Part shown: piece after piece, positions 8,996 through 15,169 of the stretch
Layout of the letters: the number at the start of each line of letters is the position of its first letter
Numbering within the stretch: position 1 is the first letter of the stretch
Assembly (NCBI GenBank): GCA_009777255.1
Contig: WRMG01000003.1
Span: 1 to 58,890 of the forward strand
Reading direction: 5' to 3'
DNA: 58,890 nt
From: Oscillospiraceae bacterium
Lineage (GTDB): Bacteria; Bacillota; Clostridia; Oscillospirales; UBA929
Translations under genes and position numbers: made by a program
The notes under the pieces: generated by a model
Seen by the model: the letters and a program-made list of their open reading frames with translations, nothing else
Database searches by the model: none
Told to the model about the DNA's origin: nothing

Positions 8996-9491
8996 GGGCG
9001 CGCATCGCGCGTCCGAGAGAAAAAACCTCCGGCCCTGCGGGGCCACCTCCTTTACAAAAGGAGGCAAGGAAGGCGCGGGGTTGCGGCGTTGTTGTAGGGG
9101 CGCGCATTGCGCGTCCGCCCGGGGACAATTGTTTCACGTGAAACAATTCCACCCCCCGTTTGTGTAGGGGCGACCGTCCCCGGTCGCCCGCCGTCCCCGG
9201 CGTACGGCGCGGCATCCCTGACGCGCCGTGGCAAATAACCCCATAACACCACACCCCGTTAACAACCGCGGGCGGTCGGGGGCGACCGCCCCTACACACG
9301 CCCGCCGTTCCATCCTGCCCCCTTTCGTAAAGGGGGTGCCGCCCCAACGGCGGGGGATTTACCACGGACGGCCAATGGCCGCCCCTACACACACGTCGCA
9401 CACCGCCCCAATTCCCCTCCATGGAGGGGTGGCCGGCGCAGCCGGACGGGGTGGTCGTCACCCACGGCGCGATAAGGACATCGCGCCCTAC
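8992..9491. repeat. BIME-like mosaic of at least 14 hairpin modules between pyrD and pyrE
   Basis: GTAG+hairpin units on + at 8992-9014, 9094-9116 and 9164-9189, and on - at 9270-9295, 9366-9388 and 9466-9491. Other hairpins at 9031-9044, 9046-9064, 9205-9228, 9318-9336, 9339-9353, 9414-9429, 9433-9445 and 9449-9463. Confidence 0.85.
9127..9148. promoter_or_regulatory. parS: parS (ParB/Spo0J binding site), perfect consensus
   Basis: TGTTTCACGTGAAACA at 9130-9145, a 16/16 match to the parS consensus. It extends to the 22-bp perfect palindrome AATTGTTTCACGTGAAACAATT. Confidence 0.85.
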
Positions 9492-9507
9492 GAAAGGAGA
9501 GATATAT

Positions 9508-10074
9508 ATGCGGGAGTTTGTTGTTGAGAGATTGATTGAGGCGGGCGCGTATTTGGAGGGGCATTTTTTATTGTCCTCGGGGCGGCACTCGGACAGGTAC
9601 TGCCAGTGCGCGAAGCTGTTTGAGGACCCGAAAACAGCCGCCGACGTCATTGCGGCGGCGGCGGAGAAGCTGAAGGGCGTTGACTTTGACCTTATCGCCG
9701 GGCCCGCGATGGGCGGGATTATCGCGGCGTATGAGCTGTCGCGTCAGACGGGGAGGCCGAACGTTTTCACCGAGCGCGAGAACGGCGTTATGTGTCTGCG
9801 CCGGGGGTTTTCAATAAAGCCGGGGGCGCGGGTGATCATTATGGAGGACGTTGTGACCACGGGGAAGTCCACCCTTGAAACTGCGGCGGCCATAAGGGCG
9901 CTGGGCGGCGTTGTGGCGGGTGCGGCGTGTATAGTTGACAGAGGCGCCGGTGACTTGGGGTTCCCGCTTTATGCGGCGGCGCGGATACGCGTTGAGAGCT
10001 ACAGCGCCGAGGATTGCCCGCTGTGCGCCGCAGGGGAAATTGAGCTTGTAAAGCCGGGGAGCCGTAAGTTTTAA
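9508..10074 (+). CDS. pyrE: orotate phosphoribosyltransferase
   Basis: PRPP-binding motif VIIMEDVVTTGKS. ATG at 9508 follows AAAGGAGAG. The track start 9421 lies inside the repeat mosaic. Confidence 0.92.
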   Translation: MREFVVERLIEAGAYLEGHFLLSSGRHSDRYCQCAKLFEDPKTAADVIAAAAEKLKGVDFDLIAGPAMGGIIAAYELSRQTGRPNVFTERENGVMCLRRGFSIKPGARVIIMEDVVTTGKSTLETAAAIRALGGVVAGAACIVDRGAGDLGFPLYAAARIRVESYSAEDCPLCAAGEIELVKPGSRKF

Positions 10075-10116
10075 TGAGAGCGGAAACCGCGCCGATGTCG
10101 TGAAATGTCGCACCCG

Positions 10117-10142
10117 CAAAATGTTTCACGTGAAACATTTTG
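10117..10142. promoter_or_regulatory. parS: parS, perfect consensus
   Basis: TGTTTCACGTGAAACA at 10122-10137 inside the 26-bp perfect palindrome CAAAATGTTTCACGTGAAACATTTTG. Confidence 0.85.
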
Positions 10143-10450
10143 GCGGCGGCAAAACAAACACGGGACGCGCGACAAAACAAATACGGGACGCCGAGGACGT
10201 CGTCCCCTACGGAACCCCCGTCTTTGCCCGGCAGGGCACCTGCCCGGCGCGATGAGGACATCGCGCCCTACGAAACCCCCCCGCCGCGCGGGGCGCGGCA
10301 CCCCTCCGAGGAGGGGAATTGGGGTGACGGGGCGTGTGTAGGGGCGACCGTCCCCGGTCGCCCGTGTGTGTTAGCGGTGTGTGGCGTTATGCGGTTATGT
10401 GCCACGGCGCGTCAGGGAAACCGCGCCGATGTCGTGAAATGTCGCACCCA

Positions 10451-10476
10451 CAAAATGTTTCACGTGAAACATTTTG
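10451..10476. promoter_or_regulatory. parS: parS, perfect consensus
   Basis: TGTTTCACGTGAAACA at 10456-10471 inside the same 26-bp palindrome as the 10117-10142 copy. Confidence 0.85.
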
Positions 10477-10541
10477 GCGTGCGGAAGAGCAAACGGGACG
10501 CGCGACAAAATAAACACGGGACGCCGAGGGGCAGGCGTCCC

Positions 10542-11276
10542 CTACGCGGAACCGCCCCTACGCGCCAGCACAAACGGCAGGTATAAAAACGTCCAGATGA
10601 CGGCCAGCAGCGGGATGACGCCCAGCAAATACCCGGGGTTCCCCAGAAAGGCCTCGAACGGTTCCAGCGGCGACCCGGGGGACGGCCAGTTGGCAAAGAA
10701 GAAGTTTGTGCCGAAGACCTTGTTGAATATATAAACCGGCGCGCCGAACGCGAGCAGCATTAAAACGCATTTGGGCAGGCGTTTTATCTCGGGGCGGACG
10801 TCGCCGCCTGCCACAGTCATGATTATGTACGCGCACAGGAGGATGTGTGTGATGAACGATTGCAGGCTTTGGATGTTAAGTATCGGGTAGCGCGTCCAGT
10901 CGGGAAAGGCCAGCGCGCTTAAAGCGCCGGGCAGCCCGAGGCAGTACAGGAACTCCCCCGTCAGCGTGCCGCCGCGTATTGCGTGGACCAGCACAAGCGC
11001 CTGAACGACGTCGCAGAGATGAAACGGCAGATAGTCCAGGCTGAAGATGCCGGCGTTTATCTGGAAGATTATCCGCCACAGCTGGAGCGCCGTTATAATT
11101 ACGGCGATAACGAGGCCCATGCGGCGCCTGCCGGACTGCGGCTTGCCGCGGTATATCAGGCTGAGCGCGGCGCAGACCGCGGCGCCGGCAGCCAGCCATA
11201 TAAGATGCTCCGGCCCGTACATTTGGATGCCGATTTCGGGCGGCAGGTTTTCGCCCAGCAGAAAAAAGTTTTCCAT
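10542..11276 (-). CDS. polytopic membrane protein (YwaF/TIGR02206-like, tentative)
   Basis: 244-aa ORF with about 7 hydrophobic segments. The C-terminal residues ...LARRGGSA and the TAG stop are encoded by GTAGGG-type repeat sequence. Confidence 0.7.
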   Translation of the reverse strand: MENFFLLGENLPPEIGIQMYGPEHLIWLAAGAAVCAALSLIYRGKPQSGRRRMGLVIAVIITALQLWRIIFQINAGIFSLDYLPFHLCDVVQALVLVHAIRGGTLTGEFLYCLGLPGALSALAFPDWTRYPILNIQSLQSFITHILLCAYIIMTVAGGDVRPEIKRLPKCVLMLLAFGAPVYIFNKVFGTNFFFANWPSPGSPLEPFEAFLGNPGYLLGVIPLLAVIWTFLYLPFVLARRGGSA

Positions 11277-11358
11277 TTTTGTTGCTCCCGTTATGTATTT
11301 TGTTCGGGTAATATTTTAGCATAGAATGCTGGGGTTGTAAATAGAAGCAAATTTGCGC

Positions 11359-11387
11359 TTGACAATTTGTTATAGATATGTTATCCT
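11359..11387 (+). promoter_or_regulatory. candidate promoter of the tRNA cluster
   Basis: TTGACA (11359-11364), 17 nt, TATCCT (11382-11387), about 38 nt upstream of tRNA-His. Confidence 0.45.
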
Positions 11388-11424
11388 TACAGGGCGCGTT
11401 AGGGCTGTCGGCTGATTATTACGC

Positions 11425-11502
11425 GGTGGGTATAGCTCAGTTGGTTAGAGTACCAGATTGTGGCTCTGGGGGTCGGCGGTTCAATTCCGCTTACCCACCC
11501 CA
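11425..11502 (+). tRNA. tRNA-His (anticodon GTG)
   Basis: Hand-folded cloverleaf. G-1 pairs with discriminator C, acceptor GTGGGTA/TACCCAC, anticodon loop TTGTGGC, T-loop GGTTCAATT, encoded CCA. Confidence 0.9.
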
Positions 11503-11574
11503 GTCGGGAGCGTCCCGATGATCGCCAGCCCGACCGTATCGGATGCCGAAAAGTCCGGCGTCAGTTACCCAAGT

Positions 11575-11651
11575 TGGGATGTAGCCAAGCCGGTAAGGCA
11601 CCAGACTTTGACTCTGGCATTCCGCAGGTTCGAGTCCTGCCATCCCAGCCA
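11575..11651 (+). tRNA. tRNA-Gln (anticodon TTG)
   Basis: Acceptor TGGGATG/CATCCCA, anticodon stem CCAGA/TCTGG with loop CTTTGAC, T-arm GGTTCGAGTCC, encoded CCA. Confidence 0.9.
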
Positions 11652-11703
11652 GCCGAGTGCCTCGGCGCGCAAACGGACGAACGGGCCGGGGCACGAACCG
11701 TAT

Positions 11704-11779
11704 GACCCGCTAGCTCAGTCGGCAGAGCACCTGCCTTTTAAGCAGGGTGTCCGCAGTTCGAATCTGCGGCGGGTCACCA
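11704..11779 (+). tRNA. tRNA-Lys (anticodon TTT)
   Basis: Acceptor GACCCGC/GCGGGTC, D-arm GCTCAGTCGGCAGAGC, anticodon loop CTTTTAA, T-arm AGTTCGAATCT, encoded CCA. Confidence 0.9.
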
Positions 11780-11787
11780 CAACATAA

Positions 11788-11823
11788 AATAATCCGAACC
11801 CTTATAATAGGGTTCGGATTATT
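11788..11823. terminator. bidirectional terminator between the tRNA cluster and the convergent ABC permease gene
   Basis: AATAATCCGAACCC / GGGTTCGGATTATT 14-bp stem with an 8-nt loop and A/T-rich flanks on both sides. Confidence 0.8.
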
Positions 11824-11835
11824 GCCGTGTTCAGG

Positions 11836-13455
11836 CTACTGCGAAAATACCATGTCCCTGTTTTTATGCCCGATGAAGCCCAGCACGGTCATTGCCGCGC
11901 CCAGCACGGGCATCAAGATAAGGGCCACGATCTGGCCGGTTTCTATCTCCGCGCCGACCGGCAGCGGCAGCACCGGAACGTGCCCGAAAGGAGATAGCTT
12001 TGCCAGCCATTCGGGCAGATCCATCAAGCCGCCGAGGTAGAGCGAGAAAAACGCGTATCCCAGATATATGTACGCGAGGTTTGTGCGTTTCGGGAAATAC
12101 CCAATAAGCAGCACGGTCATACCGAGCATAAACATCATAGCCGGCGAGTAGACCATGCACGCGTTGAAGATCTCGCTGAACGCGAACGGCGTGTCCATGA
12201 CGGCGAGGCTGGCCGCCCAAAAACCGAAGCAGTTGAGAAACGGCATAAGCACGCTGGCCAGCAGGGCGAACAGAAAGTAGCCGCGGAGCTGGCTGTGCCG
12301 CGACGCCGCCCGCGCCAGGACATGCTCGGCATAGCCTCTGCTCTCTTGGGCGCGCGCCTTGGTCATAAACATCAGGACGGGGATTGTGGAGCAAATCGAC
12401 ATCAGCACGATAAGAAAGCCGATCATCCGCAGAGGGTCGCCGCCGGTGAACTGTATCAGGAAGTCGGCGGATTGAATGAATTGGTCAATATCGCCCATGA
12501 TCGAGCCGTAGCTCATGCTTAGCACCGGCATCAGGATCACCCATACGATAAAGGATGTCTTGAGCATCCGCCATGCCAGTCCGCCGGGGCTTTTCAGATA
12601 GGGCTTGGCGTCGCGTCTGCCCGGGCGCGCGGCGATAAGGCCCTCGCCCATATCACGGGCGGCGCAAAGCCGGAACGCGGCGGCTGAGAAAACAACGGAA
12701 GCGCCCAGCAGGACAAATATCGGCCACCACTCGTTGTCAATATAGGTTTTTGTACGGCTGATCAGCCCGAAGGGGGAGAGACAGGCCAGCGCTTCGTTCC
12801 CCCGCATGTCGCCCGCGGCGCGCAGCATATAAACGGCGCCGAGGAACAGGAAGGAAAACGCCGACGCCGTGCGGGGATTTGCGGAGATCTGGCAGAAGAT
12901 CGCGGTCACGGCGGCAAACACAAGGCCCACCGCGCCCATTGCCGCGCCGAACAGCATTGCGCCGGAGAAGGTCATATCCTCCGCGCCCACCAGTCCTAAC
13001 CCGAGGCCCAGCAGCAGGGCGAACGCGGCGTTGACTATGACGGCGGCGGTAAGCGTCGCGGAGAGGTTGGCCAGCCGTCCGGTCGGAAGCGAGCGGACGA
13101 CTTCGATACGCCCAAGCTCCTCGTCCTGACGGGTGTGGCGCACTACCAGAAAGATGTTCATAAACGCCATGCCGATGGCGCTCCAGACCAGCATGAACAG
13201 CGAGTACATGGCGCCCAGTGAAAAGGCTCCGCCGGCCGAGAGGTATATCGGCCCCATCATGGCGATCATCGCCGGGTTCTCCATCATTATCAGTATGGTT
13301 TCACGGCCCTCGGGCGTGTCGAACATATTCGGCAGCGCCGCTCCGAACCCGATTATCAGAGACGCGATAACGGCGAACCAAACTGGCAGACGCAGACGGT
13401 CGCGCCGGAAAATCAGCTTGCACAGCGTGAGGTTGTTAGCGAACATTCTGCTCAC
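11836..13455 (-). CDS. ABC-2 type exporter permease
   Basis: 539-aa ORF with many hydrophobic helices. The GTG start overlaps the upstream ATPase stop (GTGA). Confidence 0.8.
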   Translation of the reverse strand: MSRMFANNLTLCKLIFRRDRLRLPVWFAVIASLIIGFGAALPNMFDTPEGRETILIMMENPAMIAMMGPIYLSAGGAFSLGAMYSLFMLVWSAIGMAFMNIFLVVRHTRQDEELGRIEVVRSLPTGRLANLSATLTAAVIVNAAFALLLGLGLGLVGAEDMTFSGAMLFGAAMGAVGLVFAAVTAIFCQISANPRTASAFSFLFLGAVYMLRAAGDMRGNEALACLSPFGLISRTKTYIDNEWWPIFVLLGASVVFSAAAFRLCAARDMGEGLIAARPGRRDAKPYLKSPGGLAWRMLKTSFIVWVILMPVLSMSYGSIMGDIDQFIQSADFLIQFTGGDPLRMIGFLIVLMSICSTIPVLMFMTKARAQESRGYAEHVLARAASRHSQLRGYFLFALLASVLMPFLNCFGFWAASLAVMDTPFAFSEIFNACMVYSPAMMFMLGMTVLLIGYFPKRTNLAYIYLGYAFFSLYLGGLMDLPEWLAKLSPFGHVPVLPLPVGAEIETGQIVALILMPVLGAAMTVLGFIGHKNRDMVFSQ

Positions 13456-14345
13456 CCCCTTATATTCTCATAGTGGCTCATGAACAGCTCCTCCAGCGTG
13501 GGCGGCGTACATTCGAGCTTGATTATGCCGAATTTCGTCAAATGCGCCATCACGCTGTTGATTTCCTTTGTATCGACGGCGAAAACTACGCCGTTGTTGG
13601 ATTTGCGGATGTCGTGTATGCCGGGTGCCTCCGCCAGATTTTCAATCGGGCGCTCGGTTTCGGCGCTCACGCTGGTGCGCGTGAGGTGGCGCAGCTCCGC
13701 CATGGTGCCGGTTTCGATGATGCGGCCCTCGCGGATAATGCTCACCTTGTCGCACAGGCGCTCGACCTCCTGTAAAATATGGCTGGACAGGAACACGGAT
13801 TTGCCGGCGTTCTTTACCTCCAGCACACATTCCTGAAAGACTTTTTCCATAAGCGGGTCAAGCCCGCTGGTCGGCTCGTCAAGTATGTACAGGTCGGCGT
13901 CGGAGGAAAACGCGGCTACAAGCGCCACTTTCTGCCGGTTGCCCTTTGAATAGGTGCGGCATTTCTTGGTGGGGTCAATGTCGAACTTTTGGATAAGCTC
14001 TTTTTTGCGGCTTTCGTTTTTGCCTTTGCGCAGCCGCACGAACAGGTCTATGACCTCGCCGCCGGTCAGGTTGGACCAGAGGTTGACGTCGCCGGGGACA
14101 TACGCGACGTTTTTGTGGATTTCCACGGCGTCTTTCCACACATCCCTGCCGAAAATCGACGCGCTGCCCTTAGTGGCCTTTAAGATGCCCAGCAGCACGC
14201 GGATAGTCGTCGTTTTGCCCGCGCCGTTGGGGCCGATAAAGCCGTAGACCTCGCCGGGCTGTACGCTGAGGTTAACGTCCTTCAGCGCGATGAACTGCCC
14301 GTAGTTCTTCGTCAGGTTTACCGTTTGCAGCATTGCCTGTGCCAT
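13452..14345 (-). CDS. ABC transporter ATP-binding protein
   Basis: Walker A GPNGAGKTT, signature YSKGNRQK, Walker B LYILDEPTSGLD. ATG at 14345 follows AGGAGG. The track start 14387 lies inside the tetR gene. Confidence 0.9.
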   Translation of the reverse strand: MAQAMLQTVNLTKNYGQFIALKDVNLSVQPGEVYGFIGPNGAGKTTTIRVLLGILKATKGSASIFGRDVWKDAVEIHKNVAYVPGDVNLWSNLTGGEVIDLFVRLRKGKNESRKKELIQKFDIDPTKKCRTYSKGNRQKVALVAAFSSDADLYILDEPTSGLDPLMEKVFQECVLEVKNAGKSVFLSSHILQEVERLCDKVSIIREGRIIETGTMAELRHLTRTSVSAETERPIENLAEAPGIHDIRKSNNGVVFAVDTKEINSVMAHLTKFGIIKLECTPPTLEELFMSHYENIRG

Positions 14346-14346
14346 G

Positions 14347-14994
14347 TTAACATTCCTCCTTATAAAATGTTTTTCTGAATATCTCAAAGTATGCCTTTAT
14401 CTCCTCGAGAAAACGGCTGTATTCTTTTTGGAAGTCCTTGAGGTTCGGCGAGTTTATCCGCTCCATCTGCGAGTTGGCGTAGCCTACGTGCGTCCAGTAG
14501 ATGATATTGACGGCCTTTTTGGGGTCTATGCCGTCCCTGAAAAGCGTTTCGTCGATGTTCGCGAAGATTTTCGGCGCCTGCTCCGCCAACAGATGTCTGT
14601 TTGCCGACTTGAACGCGTCGTAGCCCTTTTCGTTATACGCCGTGGTCATGAAGTCGAACACCACGGGGTATTTATATGACAGATCCGCTTTAAGCAGAAT
14701 TATCTGCCACATTCTATCCAGAAAATCCCGCTGCTCAAAGTTTATAAGCTCGAAATACTCTTTAAGCGTGACCTCGACGGCATACTGAAGAACAAACTCG
14801 TACAGGCTCTCCTTGCAGCCGAAGTAGTGGAACAAAAGCCCCTTTGATATGCCCGCCTCGTGGACAATCTCGTCGGTTGACGCTTTCTTATAGCCCTTGT
14901 TGAACTCCTTCATCGCGGCGTTTAAGATTCTGTCCCGCTTTTCCGGCTCCATGGACATGATTTTATGCGCGTATATGTCATCCAATTTAACCAC
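14347..14994 (-). CDS. TetR/AcrR family transcriptional regulator
   Basis: N-terminal HTH (ILNAAMKEFNKGYKKASTDEIVHEAGISKGLLFHYF). Start uncertain: GTG 14994, TTG 14985 or a downstream ATG. Confidence 0.85.
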   Translation of the reverse strand: MVKLDDIYAHKIMSMEPEKRDRILNAAMKEFNKGYKKASTDEIVHEAGISKGLLFHYFGCKESLYEFVLQYAVEVTLKEYFELINFEQRDFLDRMWQIILLKADLSYKYPVVFDFMTTAYNEKGYDAFKSANRHLLAEQAPKIFANIDETLFRDGIDPKKAVNIIYWTHVGYANSQMERINSPNLKDFQKEYSRFLEEIKAYFEIFRKTFYKEEC

Positions 14995-15024
14995 TCCCTT
15001 TCTTTTGACAGGCCCCGTATAATT

Positions 15025-15045
15025 AATTGACTGAATCGGTCAATT
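15025..15045. promoter_or_regulatory. candidate TetR operator 1
   Basis: AATTGAC-N7-GTCAATT perfect inverted repeat, just downstream of the -10 of the tetR promoter. Confidence 0.6.
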
Positions 15046-15047
15046 AC

Positions 15048-15076
15048 AATATAACATGATTGACCAAATAAGTCAA
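15048..15076 (-). promoter_or_regulatory. promoter of the tetR-ABC operon
   Basis: On the minus strand: TTGACT (15076-15071), 17 nt, TATATT (15053-15048). Confidence 0.6.
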
Positions 15077-15077
15077 T
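15059..15077. promoter_or_regulatory. candidate TetR operator 2
   Basis: ATTGAC-N7-GTCAAT, with the same arms and spacing as operator 1. It overlaps the -35 element. Confidence 0.6.
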
Positions 15078-15086
15078 AGGGTTTTT

Positions 15087-15110
15087 GAAAAAATTTCCTG
15101 AAATTTTTTC
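15087..15110. repeat. AT-rich 11-bp-arm palindrome
   Basis: GAAAAAATTTC ct GAAATTTTTTC, located upstream of the tetR -35 and downstream of the agcS terminator. Confidence 0.7.
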
Positions 15111-15118
15111 AGCGGCGC

Positions 15119-15150
15119 AAAAAGCCCCGTAACCATACGGTTACAGGGCT
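15119..15150 (-). terminator. rho-independent terminator of the symporter gene
   Basis: Minus strand AGCCCTGTAACC gtat GGTTACGGGGCT followed by TTTTT. Confidence 0.8.
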
Positions 15151-15169
15151 TGACGGGGGCTGCGCTCCC

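Larger units (their letters stand above)
10082..10549. repeat. repeat mosaic containing a ~130-bp module duplicated at a 334-bp offset
   Basis: 10082-10211 and 10416-10549 align. The first 34 nt are identical, followed by the parS palindrome, an A-rich tract and a GGGACG...CGTCCCCTAC unit. Between the copies are hairpins 10226-10248, 10246-10271(-), 10283-10299, 10301-10316, 10338-10363(+) and 10405-10428. Confidence 0.85.

Noticed and set aside
8895-9650. 251-aa minus-strand ORF, plus the 9052-9252, 9228-9527 and 9421-9507 ORFs, across the pyrD-pyrE spacer
   Set aside because: They run through palindromic GC-rich repeats and have Pro/Arg/Gly-rich low-complexity translations. No RBS is present and both strands are open. 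They are artefacts of the repeat mosaic.
10071-10734. Several 76-148-aa ORFs on both strands downstream of pyrE
   Set aside because: Same reason: they are read through the duplicated parS/REP modules and overlap each other in multiple frames.
11503-11703. Extra small RNA genes in the 72-nt and 52-nt spacers between the tRNAs
   Set aside because: Only short local hairpins are present and no cloverleaf can be folded. They are most simply processing spacers.
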